From: Eledone cirrhosa
Lineage: Eukaryota
DNA: 64,000 bases
Direction: 5' to 3'
Assembly: GCA_964016885.1 (NCBI GenBank)
Contig: OZ024742.1
Coordinates: 375,410,001-375,474,000, forward strand
A program made the position numbers and the translations under genes. Numbering within the stretch: position 1 is the first letter of the stretch; each line of letters begins with the position of its first letter. Of this stretch, positions 25,601 through 37,485 are shown one piece after another. The notes below the pieces were generated by a model, which saw nothing but the letters and a program-made list of their open reading frames with translations, did no database searches and was not told the origin of the DNA.

Positions 25601-28600
25601 TGTGCCTTTGACTTCTTCTGTGCTTTTGTCTTCTTCTGTGACTTTGACTTCTTCTGTGCTTTTGACTTATTCTGTGCCTTTGACTTCTTTTCTGCTTTTA
25701 TCCTCTTCTGTGCTTTTGACTTCTTCTGTGCCTTTGACTTCTTCTGTGCCTTTGACTTCTTCTGTGCCTTTGACTTCTTCTGTGCCTTTGACTTCTTCTG
25801 TGCTTTTGTTTTCATCTGTGCCTTTGACTTCTTCTGTGGTTTTGACTTCTTCTGTGCCTTTGACTTCTTCTGTGCCTTTGACTTCTTCTGTGCCTTAGAC
25901 TTCTTCTGTGCTTTTGTTTTCTTCTGTGCTTTTGACTTCTTCTGTGCCTTTGTCTTCTTCTGTGCCTTTGACTTCTTCTGTGCTTTTGACTTCTTCTGTG
26001 CCTTTGACTTCTTCTGTGCCTTTGACTTCTTCTGTGCCTTTGTCTTCTTCTGTGCCTTTGACTTCTTCTGTGCTTTTGACTTCTTCTGTGCCTTTGACTT
26101 CTTCTGTGCCTTTGACTTCTTCTGTGCTTTTGACCTCTTCTGTGCCTTTGACTTCTTCTGTGCCTTTGTCTTCTTCTGTGCCTTTGACTTCTTCTGTGCT
26201 TTTGTTTTCTTCTGTGCTTTTGACTTCTTCTGTGCCTTTGACTTCTTCTGTGCCTTTAACTTCTACTGTTCTTTTGACTTCTTCTGTGCCTTTATCTTCT
26301 TCTGTGCCTTTGACTTCTTCTGTGCCTTTGACTTCTTCTGTGCCTTTGACTTCTTCTGTGCCTTTGACTTCTTCTGTGCTTTTGACTTCTTGTGTGCCTT
26401 TGACTTCTTCTGTGCTTTTGACTACTTCTGTGCTTTTGTTTTCTTCTGTGCCTTTGACTTCTTCTGTGCCTTTGACTTCTTCTGTGCTTTTGACATCTTC
26501 TGTGCCTTTGACTTCTTCTGTGCCTTTGACTTCTTCTGTGCCTTTGTCTTTTTCTGTGCCTTTGACTTCTTCTGTGCTTTTGCCTTCTTCTGTGCCTTTG
26601 ACTTCTTCTGTGCTTTTGACTTCTTCTGTGCCTTTGACTTCTTTTGTGCTTTTGTTTTCTTCTGTGCTTTTGACTTCTTCTGTGCCTTTGACTTCTTCTG
26701 TGCCTTTGACTTCTTCTGTGCCTTTGACTTCTTCTGTGCTTTTCTCTTCTTCTGTGCCTTTGACTTCTTCTGTGCTTTTGTCTTCTTCTGTGCCTTTGAC
26801 TTCTTCTGTGCTTTTGACTTCTTCTGTGCCTTTGACTTCTTCTGTGCTTTTGTTTTCTTCTGTGCCTTTGACTTCTTCTGTGCCTTTGACTTCTTCTGTG
26901 CATTTGACTTCTTCTGTGCTTTTGACTTCTTCTGTGCCTTTGACTTCTTCTGTGCCTTTGACTTCTTCTGTGCCTTTGACTTCTTCTGTGCCTTAGACTT
27001 CTTCTGTGCTTTTGTTTTCTTCTGTGCTTTTGACTTCTTCTGTGCCTTTGTCTTCTTCTGTGCCTTTGACTTCTTCTGTGCTTTTGACTTCTTCTGTGCC
27101 TTTGACTTCTTCTGTGCCTTTGACTTCTTCTGTGCCTTTGTCTTCTTCTGTGCCTTTGACTTCTTCTGTGCCTTTGACTTCTTCTGTGCTTTTGTTTCCT
27201 TCTGTGCTTTTGACTTCTTCTGTGCCTTTGACTTCTTCTGTGCCTTTGACTTCTTCTGTGCCTTTGACTTCTTCTGTGCCTTTGACTTCTTCTGTGCTTT
27301 TGTTTTCTTCTGTGCCTTTGACTTCTTCTGTGCCTTTGATTTCTTCTGTGCCTTTGACTTCTTCTGTGCCTTTGACTTCTTCTGTGCTTTTGACTTCTTC
27401 TGTGCCTTTGACTTCTTCTGTGGTTTTGACTTCTTCTGTGCCTTTGACTTCTTCTGTGCATTTGTCTTCTTCTGTGCCTTTGACTTCTTCTGTGCATTTG
27501 ACTTCTTCTGTGCTTTTGACTTCTTCTGTGCCTTTGACTTCTTCTGTGCTTTTGTTTTCTTCTGTACTTTTGACTTCTTCTGTGCCTTTGACTTCTTCTC
27601 TGCCTTTGACTTCTTCTGTGCTTTTGACTTCTTCTGTGCCTTTGACTTCTTCTGTGCCTTTGACTTCTTCTGTGCTTTTGACCTCTTCTGTGCCTTTGAC
27701 TTCTTCTGTGCCTTTGTCTTCTTCTGTGCCTTTGACTTCTTCTGTGCTTTTGTTTTCTTCTGTGCTTTTGACTTCTTCTGTGTCTTTGACTTCTTCTGTG
27801 CCTTTGACTTCTTCTGTGCCTTTAACTTCTTCTGTGCTTTTGACTTCTTCTGTGTTTTTGACTTCTTCTGTGCCTTTGTCTTCTTCTGTGCCTTTGACTT
27901 CTTCTGTGCTTTTGTTTCCTTCTGTGCTTTTGACTTCTTCTGTGCCTTTGACTTCTTCTGTGCCTTTGACTTCTTCTGTGCCTTTAACTTCTTCTGTGCT
28001 TTTGACTTCTTCTGTGCCTTTGACTTCTTCTGTGCCTTTGTCTTCTTCTGTGCTTTTGACTTCTTCTGTGCCTTTGACTTCTTCTGTGCCTTTGACTTTT
28101 TCTGTGCCTTTGTCTTCTTCTGTGCCTTTGACCTCTTCTGTGCCTTTGACTTCTTCTGTGCTTTTGTTTTCTTCTGTGCTTTTGACTTCTTCTGTGCCTT
28201 TGACTTCTTCTGTGCCTTTGTCTTCTTCTGTGCCTTTGACTTCTTCTGTGCTTTTGTTTTCTTCTGTGCTTTTGACTTCTTGTGTGCCTTTGACTTCTTC
28301 TGTGCTTTTGACTTCTTCTGTGCTTTTGTTTTCTTCTGTGCCTTTGACTTCTTCTGTGCCTTTGACTTCGTCTGTGCCTTTGACTTCTTCTGTGCTTTTG
28401 ACTTCTTCTGTGCCTTTGACTTCTGTGCTTTTGACTTCTTCTGTGCCTTTGACTTCTTCTGTGCTTTTGACTTCTTCTGTGCATTTGACTTCCTCTGTGC
28501 CTTTGACTTCTTCTGTGCCTTTGTCTTCTTCTGTGCCTTTGACTTCTTCTGTGCCTTTGACTTCTTCTGTGCTTTTGACTTCTTCTGTGCCTTTGACTTC

Positions 28601-31600
28601 TTCTGTGCCTTTGACTTCTTCTGTGCCTTTGTCTTCTTCTGTGCATTTGACTTCTTCTGTGCCTTTGACTTCTTCTGTGCCTTTGTTTTCTTCTGTGATT
28701 TTGACTTCTTCTGTGCCTTTGACTTCTTCTGTGCCTTTGACTTCTTCTGTGCTTTTGACATCTTCTGTGCCTTTGACTTCTTCTGTGCCTTTGACTTCTT
28801 CTGTGCCTTTGTCTTCTTCTGTGCCTTTGACTTCTTCTGTGCTTTTGTCTTCTTCTGTGACTTTGACTTCTTCTGTGCTTTTGACTTATTCTGTGCCTTT
28901 GACTTCTTTTCTGCTTTTATCCTCTTCTGTGCTTTTGACTTCTTCTGTGCCTTTGACTTCTTCTGTGCCTTTGACTTCTTCTGTGCCTTTGACTTCTTCT
29001 GTGCCTTTGACTTCTTCTGTGCTTTTGTTTTCATCTGTGCCTTTGACTTCTTCTGTGGTTTTGACTTCTTCTGTGCCTTTGACTTCTTCTGTGCCTTTGA
29101 CTTCTTCTGTGCCTTAGACTTCTTCTGTGCTTTTGTTTTCTTCTGTGCTTTTGACTTCTTCTGTGCCTTTGTCTTCTTCTGTGCCTTTGACTTCTTCTGT
29201 GCTTTTGACTTCTTCTGTGCCTTTGACTTCTTCTGTGCCTTTGACTTCTTCTGTGCCTTTGTCTTCTTCTGTGCCTTTGACTTCTTCTGTGCCTTTGACT
29301 TCTTCTGTGCTTTTGTTTCCTTCTGTGCTTTTGACTTCTTCTGTGCCTTTGACTTCTTCTGTGCCTTTGACTTCTTCTGTGCCTTTGACTTCATCTGTGC
29401 CTTTGACTTCTTCTGTGCTTTTGTTTTCTTCTGTGCCTTTGACTTCTTCTGTGCCTTTGATTTCTTCTGTGCCTTTGACTTCTTCTGTGCCTTTGACTTC
29501 TTCTGTGCTTTTGACTTCTTCTGTGCCTTTGACTTCTTCTGTGGTTTTGACTTCTTCTGTGCCTTTGACTTCTTCTGTGCATTTGTCTTCTTCTGTGCCT
29601 TTGACTTCTTCTGTGCATTTGACTTCTTCTGTGCTTTTGACTTCTTCTGTGCCTTTGACTTCTTCTGTGCTTTTGTTTTCTTCTGTACTTTTGACTTCTT
29701 CTGTGCCTTTGACTTCTTCTCTGCCTTTGACTTCTTCTGTGCTTTTGACTTCTTCTGTGCCTTTGACTTCTTCTGTGCCTTTGACTTCTTCTGTGCTTTT
29801 GACCTCTTCTGTGCCTTTGACTTCTTCTGTGCCTTTGTCTTCTTCTGTGCCTTTGACTTCTTCTGTGCTTTTGTTTTCTTCTGTGCTTTTGACTTCTTCT
29901 GTGTCTTTGACTTCTTCTGTGCCTTTGACTTCTTCTGTGCCTTTAACTTCTTCTGTGCTTTTGACTTCTTCTGTGTTTTTGACTTCTTCTGTGCCTTTGT
30001 CTTCTTCTGTGCCTTTGACTTCTTCTGTGCTTTTGTTTCCTTCTGTGCTTTTGACTTCTTCTGTGCCTTTGACTTCTTCTGTGCCTTTGACTTCTTCTGT
30101 GCCTTTAACTTCTTCTGTGCTTTTGACTTCTTCTGTGCCTTTGACTTCTTCTGTGCCTTTGTCTTCTTCTGTGCTTTTGACTTCTTCTGTGCCTTTGACT
30201 TCTTCTGTGCCTTTGACTTTTTCTGTGCCTTTGTCTTCTTCTGTGCCTTTGACCTCTTCTGTGCCTTTGACTTCTTCTGTGCTTTTGTTTTCTTCTGTGC
30301 TTTTGACTTCTTCTGTGCCTTTGACTTCTTCTGTGCCTTTGTCTTCTTCTGTGCCTTTGACTTCTTCTGTGCTTTTGTTTTCTTCTGTGCTTTTGACTTC
30401 TTGTGTGCCTTTGACTTCTTCTGTGCTTTTGACTTCTTCTGTGCTTTTGTTTTCTTCTGTGCCTTTGACTTCTTCTGTGCCTTTGACTTCGTCTGTGCCT
30501 TTGACTTCTTCTGTGCTTTTGACTTCTTCTGTGCCTTTGACTTCTGTGCTTTTGACTTCTTCTGTGCCTTTGACTTCTTCTGTGCTTTTGACTTCTTCTG
30601 TGCATTTGACTTCCTCTGTGCCTTTGACTTCTTCTGTGCCTTTGTCTTCTTCTGTGCCTTTGACTTCTTCTGTGCCTTTGACTTCTTCTGTGCTTTTGAC
30701 TTCTTCTGTGCCTTTGACTTCTTCTGTGCCTTTGACTTCTTCTGCGCCTTTGTATTCTTCTGTGCATTTGACTTCTTCTGTGCCTTTGACTTCTTCTGTG
30801 CCTTTGTTTTCTTCTGTGATTTTGACTTCTTCTGTGCCTTTGACTTCTTCTGTGCCTTTGACTTCTTCTGTGCCTTTGACTTCTTCTGTGCTTTTCTCTT
30901 CTTCTGTGCCTTTGACTTCTTCTGTGCTTTTGTCTTCTTCTGTGCCTTTGACTTCTTCTGTGCTTTTGACTTCTTCTGTGCCTTTGACTTCTTCTGTGCT
31001 TTTGTTTTCTTCTGTGCCTTTGACTTCTTCTGTGCCTTTGACTTCTTCTGTGCATTTGACTTCTTCTGTGCTTTTGACTTCTTCTGTGCCTTTGACTTCT
31101 TCTGTGCCTTTGACTTCTTCTGTGCCTTTGACTTCTTCTGTGCCTTAGACTTCTTCTGTGCTTTTGTTTTCTTCTGTGCTTTTGACTTCTTCTGTGCCTT
31201 TGTCTTCTTCTGTGCCTTTGACTTCTTCTGTGCTTTTGACTTCTTCTGTGCCTTTGACTTCTTCTGTGCCTTTGACTTCTTCTGTGCCTTTGTCTTCTTC
31301 TGTGCCTTTGACTTCTTCTGTGCCTTTGACTTCTTCTGTGCTTTTGTTTCCTTCTGTGCTTTTGACTTCTTCTGTGCCTTTGACTTCTTCTGTGCCTTTG
31401 ACTTCTTCTGTGCCTTTGACTTCTTCTGTGCCTTTGACTTCTTCTGTGCTTTTGTTTTCTTCTGTGCCTTTGACTTCTTCTGTGCCTTTGATTTCTTCTG
31501 TGCCTTTGACTTCTTCTGTGCCTTTGACTTCTTCTGTGCTTTTGACTTCTTCTGTGCCTTTGACTTCTTCTGTGGTTTTGACTTCTTCTGTGCCTTTGAC

Positions 31601-34600
31601 TTCTTCTGTGCATTTGTCTTCTTCTGTGCCTTTGACTTCTTCTGTGCATTTGACTTCTTCTGTGCTTTTGACTTCTTCTGTGCCTTTGACTTCTTCTGTG
31701 CTTTTGTTTTCTTCTGTACTTTTGACTTCTTCTGTGCCTTTGACTTCTTCTCTGCCTTTGACTTCTTCTGTGCTCTGGACTTCTTCTGTGCCTTTGACTT
31801 CTTCTGTGCCTTTGACTTCTTCTGTGCTTTTGACCTCTTCTGTGCCTTTGACTTCTTCTGTGCCTTTGTCTTCTTCTGTGCCTTTGACTTCTTCTGTGCT
31901 TTTGTTTTCTTCTGTGCTTTTGACTTCTTCTGTGTCTTTGACTTCTTCTGTGCCTTTGACTTCTTCTGTGCCTTTAACTTCTTCTGTGCTTTTGACTTCT
32001 TCTGTGTTTTTGACTTCTTCTGTGCCTTTGTCTTCTTCTGTGCCTTTGACTTCTTCTGTGCTTTTGTTTCCTTCTGTGCTTTTGACTTCTTCTGTGCCTT
32101 TGACTTCTTCTGTGCCTTTGACTTCTTCTGTGCCTTTAACTTCTTCTGTGCTTTTGACTTCTTCTGTGCCTTTGACTTCTTCTGTGCCTTTGTCTTCTTC
32201 TGTGCTTTTGACTTCTTCTGTGCCTTTGACTTCTTCTGTGCCTTTGACTTTTTCTGTGCCTTTGTCTTCTTCTGTGCCTTTGACCTCTTCTGTGCCTTTG
32301 ACTTCTTCTGTGCTTTTGTTTTCTTCTGTGCTTTTGACTTCTTCTGTGCCTTTGACTTCTTCTGTGCCTTTGTCTTCTTCTGTGCCTTTGACTTCTTCTG
32401 TGCTTTTGTTTTCTTCTGTGCTTTTGACTTCTTGTGTGCCTTTGACTTCTTCTGTGCTTTTGACTTCTTCTGTGCTTTTGTTTTCTTCTGTGCCTTTGAC
32501 TTCTTCTGTGCCTTTGACTTCTTCTGTGCCTTTAACTTCTTCTGTGCTTTTGACTTCTTCTGTGTTTTTGACTTCTTCTGTGCCTTTGTCTTCTTCTGTG
32601 CCTTTGACTTCTTCTGTGCTTTTGTTTCCTTCTGTGCTTTTGACTTCTTCTGTGCCTTTGACTTCTTCTGTGCCTTTGACTTCTTCTGTGCCTTTAACTT
32701 CTTCTGTGCTTTTGACTTCTTCTGTGCCTTTGACTTCTTCTGTGCCTTTGTCTTCTTCTGTGCTTTTGACTTCTTCTGTGCCTTTGTCTTTTTCTGTGCC
32801 TTTGACTTCTTCTGTGCTTTTGCCTTCTTCTGTGCCTTTGACTTCTTCTGTGCTTTTGACTTCTTCTGTGCCTTTGACTTCTTTTGTGCTTTTGTTTTCT
32901 TCTGTGCTTTTGACTTCTTCTGTGCCTTTGACTTCTTCTGTGCCTTTGACTTCTTCTGTGCCTTTGACTTCTTCTGTGCTTTTCTCTTCTTCTGTGCCTT
33001 TGACTTCTTCTGTGCTTTTGTCTTCTTCTGTGCCTTTGACTTCTTCTGTGCTTTTGACTTCTTCTGTGCCTTTGACTTCTTCTGTGCTTTTGTTTTCTTC
33101 TGTGCCTTTGACTTCTTCTGTGCCTTTGACTTCTTCTGTGCATTTGACTTCTTCTGTGCTTTTGACTTCTTCTGTGCCTTTGACTTCTTCTGTGCCTTTG
33201 ACTTCTTCTGTGCCTTTGACTTCTTCTGTGCCTTAGACTTCTTCTGTGCTTTTGTTTTCTTCTGTGCTTTTGACTTCTTCTGTGCCTTTGTCTTCTTCTG
33301 TGCCTTTGACTTCTTCTGTGCTTTTGACTTCTTCTGTGCCTTTGACTTCTTCTGTGCCTTTGACTTCTTCTGTGCCTTTGTCTTCTTCTGTGCCTTTGAC
33401 TTCTTCTGTGCCTTTGACTTCTTCTGTGCTTTTGTTTCCTTCTGTGCTTTTGACTTCTTCTGTGCCTTTGACTTCTTCTGTGCCTTTGACTTCTTCTGTG
33501 CCTTTGACTTCTTCTGTGCCTTTGACTTCTTCTGTGCTTTTGTTTTCTTCTGTGCCTTTGACTTCTTCTGTGCCTTTGATTTCTTCTGTGCCTTTGACTT
33601 CTTCTGTGCCTTTGACTTCTTCTGTGCTTTTGACTTCTTCTGTGCCTTTGACTTCTTCTGTGGTTTTGACTTCTTCTGTGCCTTTGACTTCTTCTGTGCA
33701 TTTGTCTTCTTCTGTGCCTTTGACTTCTTCTGTGCATTTGACTTCTTCTGTGCTTTTGACTTCTTCTGTGCCTTTGACTTCTTCTGTGCTTTTGTTTTCT
33801 TCTGTACTTTTGACTTCTTCTGTGCCTTTGACTTCTTCTCTGCCTTTGACTTCTTCTGTGCTTTTGACTTCTTCTGTGCCTTTGACTTCTTCTGTGCCTT
33901 TGACTTCTTCTGTGCTTTTGACCTCTTCTGTGCCTTTGACTTCTTCTGTGCCTTTGTCTTCTTCTGTGCCTTTGACTTCTTCTGTGCTTTTGTTTTCTTC
34001 TGTGCTTTTGACTTCTTCTGTGTCTTTGACTTCTTCTGTGCCTTTGACTTCTTCTGTGCCTTTAACTTCTTCTGTGCTTTTGACTTCTTCTGTGTTTTTG
34101 ACTTCTTCTGTGCCTTTGTCTTCTTCTGTGCCTTTGACTTCTTCTGTGCTTTTGTTTCCTTCTGTGCTTTTGACTTCTTCTGTGCCTTTGACTTCTTCTG
34201 TGCCTTTGACTTCTTCTGTGCCTTTAACTTCTTCTGTGCTTTTGACTTCTTCTGTGCCTTTGACTTCTTCTGTGCCTTTGTCTTCTTCTGTGCTTTTGAC
34301 TTCTTCTGTGCCTTTGACTTCTTCTGTGCCTTTGACTTTTTCTGTGTCTTTGTCTTCTTCTGTGCCTTTGACCTCTTCTGTGCCTTTGACTTCTTCTGTG
34401 CTTTTGTTTTCTTCTGTGCTTTTGACTTCTTCTGTGCCTTTGACTTCTTCTGTGCCTTTGTCTTCTTCTGTGCCTTTGACTTCTTCTGTGCTTTTGTTTT
34501 CTTCTGTGCTTTTGACTTCTTGTGTGCCTTTGACTTCTTCTGTGCTTTTGACTTCTTCTGTGCTTTTGTTTTCTTCTGTGCCTTTGACTTCTTCTGTGCC

Positions 34601-37430
34601 TTTGACTTCGTCTGTGCCTTTGACTTCTTCTGTGCTTTTGACTTCTTCTGTGCCTTTGACTTCTGTGCTTTTGACTTCTTCTGTGCCTTTGACTTCTTCT
34701 GTGCTTTTGACTTCTTCTGTGCATTTGACTTCCTCTGTGCCTTTGACTTCTTCTGTGCCTTTGTCTTCTTCTGTGCCTTTGACTTCTTCTGTGCCTTTGA
34801 CTTCTTCTGTGCTTTTGACTTCTTCTGTGCCTTTGACTTCTTCTGTGCCTTTGACTTCTTCTGTGCCTTTGTCTTCTTCTGTGCATTTGACTTCTTCTGT
34901 GCCTTTGACTTCTTCTGTGCCTTTGTTTTCTTCTGTGATTTTGACTTCTTCTGTGCCTTTGACTTCTTCTGTGCCTTTGACTTCTTCTGTGCTTTTGACA
35001 TCTTCTGTGCCTTTGACTTCTTCTGTGCCTTTGACTTCTTCTGTGCCTTTGTCTTCTTCTGTGCCTTTGACTTCTTCTGTGCTTTTGACTTATTCTGTGC
35101 CTTTGACTTCTTTTCTGCTTTTATCCTCTTCTGTGCTTTTGACTTCTTCTGTGCCTTTGACTTCTTCTGTGCCTTTGACTTCTTCTGTGCCTTTGACTTC
35201 TTCTGTGCCTTTGACTTCTTCTGTGCTTTTGTTTTCTTCTGTGCCTTTGACTTCTTCTGTGGTTTTGACTTCTTCTGTGCCTTTGACTTCTTCTGTGCCT
35301 TTGACTTCTTCTGTGCCTTAGACTTCTTCTGTGCTTTTGTTTTCTTCTGTGCTTTTGACTTCTTCTGTGCCTTTGTCTTCTTCTGTGCCTTTGACTTCTT
35401 CTGTGCTTTTGACTTCTTCTGTGCCTTTGACTTCTTCTGTGCCTTTGACTTCTTCTGTGCCTTTGTCTTCTTCTGTGCCTTTGACTTCTTCTGTGCCTTT
35501 GACTTCTTCTGTGCTTTTGTTTCCTTCTGTGCTTTTGACTTCTTCTGTGCCTTTGACTTCTTCTGTGCCTTTGACTTCTTCTGTGCCTTTGACTTCTTCT
35601 GTGCCTTTGACTTCTTCTGTGCTTTTGTTTTCTTCTGTGCCTTTGACTTCTTCTGTGCCTTTGATTTCTTCTGTGCCTTTGACTTCTTCTGTGCCTTTGA
35701 CTTCTTCTGTGCTTTTGACTTCTTCTGTGCCTTTGACTTCTTCTGTGGTTTTGACTTCTTCTGTGCCTTTGACTTCTTCTGTGCATTTGTCTTCTTCTGT
35801 GCCTTTGACTTCTTCTGTGCATTTGACTTCTTCTGTGCTTTTGACTTCTTCTGTGCCTTTGACTTCTTCTGTGCTTTTGTTTTCTTCTGTACTTTTGACT
35901 TCTTCTGTGCCTTTGACTTCTTCTCTGCCTTTGACTTCTTCTGTGCTTTTGACTTCTTCTGTGCCTTTGACTTCTTCTGTGCCTTTGACTTCTTCTGTGC
36001 TTTTGACCTCTTCTGTGCCTTTGACTTCTTCTGTGCCTTTGTCTTCTTCTGTGCCTTTGACTTCTTCTGTGCTTTTGTTTTCTTCTGTGCTTTTGACTTC
36101 TTCTGTGTCTTTGACTTCTTCTGTGCCTTTGACTTCTTCTGTGCCTTTAACTTCTTCTGTGCTTTTGACTTCTTCTGTGTTTTTGACTTCTTCTGTGCCT
36201 TTGTCTTCTTCTGTGCCTTTGACTTCTTCTGTGCTTTTGTTTCCTTCTGTGCTTTTGACTTCTTCTGTGCCTTTGACTTCTTCTGTGCCTTTGACTTCTT
36301 CTGTGCCTTTAACTTCTTCTGTGCTTTTGACTTCTTCTGTGCCTTTGACTTCTTCTGTGCCTTTGTCTTCTTCTGTGCTTTTGACTTCTTCTGTGCCTTT
36401 GACTTCTTCTGTGCCTTTGACTTTTTCTGTGCCTTTGTCTTCTTCTGTGCCTTTGACCTCTTCTGTGCCTTTGACTTCTTCTGTGCTTTTGTTTTCTTCT
36501 GTGCTTTTGACTTCTTCTGTGCCTTTGACTTCTTCTGTGCCTTTGTCTTCTTCTGTGCCTTTGACTTCTTCTGTGCTTTTGTTTTCTTCTGTGCTTTTGA
36601 CTTCTTGTGTGCCTTTGACTTCTTCTGTGCTTTTGACTTCTTCTGTGCTTTTGTTTTCTTCTGTGCCTTTGACTTCTTCTGTGCCTTTGACATCGTCTGT
36701 GCCTTTGACTTCTTCTGTGCTTTTGACTTCTTCTGTGCCTTTGACTTCTGTGCTTTTGACTTCTTCTGTGCCTTTGACTTCTTCTGTGCTTTTGACTTCT
36801 TCTGTGCATTTGACTTCCTCTGTGCCTTTGACTTCTTCTGTGCCTTTGTCTTCTTCTGTGCCTTTGACTTCTTCTGTGCCTTTGACTTCTTCTGTGCTTT
36901 TGACTTCTTCTGTGCCTTTGACTTCTTCTGTGCCTTTGACTTCTTCTGTGCCTTTGTCTTCTTCTGTGCATTTGACTTCTTCTGTGCCTTTGACTTCTTC
37001 TGTGCCTTTGTTTTCTTCTGTGATTTTGACTTCTTCTGTGCCTTTGACTTCTTCTGTGCCTTTGACTTCTTCTGTGCTTTTGACATCTTCTGTGCCTTTG
37101 ACTTCTTCTGTGCCTTTGACTTCTTCTGTGCCTTTGTCTTCTTCTGTGCCTTTGACTTCTTCTGTGCTTTTGTCTTCTTCTGTGACTTTGACTTCTTCTG
37201 TGCTTTTGACTTATTCTGTGCCTTTGACTTCTTTTCTGCTTTTATTCTCTTCTGTGCTTTTGACTTCTTCTGTGCCTTTGACTTCTTCTGTGCCTTTGAC
37301 TTCTTCTGTGCCTTTGACTTCTTCTGTGCCTTTGACTTCTTCTGTGCTTTTGTTTTCTTCTGTGCCTTTGACTTCTTCTGTGGTTTTGACTTCTTCTGTG
37401 CCTTTGACTTCTTCTGTGCCTTTGTCTTCC
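22700..37430. repeat. HOR layer B: HOR of about 2.0-2.1 kb carrying layer-specific variants and a 15-bp monomer
   Basis: The CCTTAGAC marker (TAG end) falls at 26996, 29117, 31148, 33236 and 35321 (spacings 2121, 2031, 2088, 2085). Characteristic variants are paired GCATTTGTC/GCATTTGAC, GTGTCTTTG, TTCGTCTG, GTGATTTT and CTGCTTTTATCCTC. 15-bp monomers start at 25200, 28419, 30540, 34659 and 36744. Confidence 0.87.
23000..29430. repeat. Tandem segmental duplication with a 3219-bp period (edges approximate)
   Basis: Markers share the same offset: 23203/26422 (GACTAC), 23777/26996 and 25898/29117 (TAG), 25200/28419 (15-bp monomer). The 703-aa ORFs at 23787 and 27006 are almost identical. Confidence 0.85.
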
Positions 37431-37485
37431 TCTGTGCATTTGACTTCTTCTTTGCTTTTGACTTCTTCTGTGCTTTTGACTTCTT
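26425..37485 (-). other. Stop-free (KKSKAQ)n reading phase, Lys-rich repeat; coding status unsupported
   Basis: The ORF track gives 26422..37086 (3554 aa), and the phase stays open up to a TAG at 37486-37488. There is no unique domain, start context or splice context, so it is most likely a by-product of the 18-bp unit. Confidence 0.1.
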
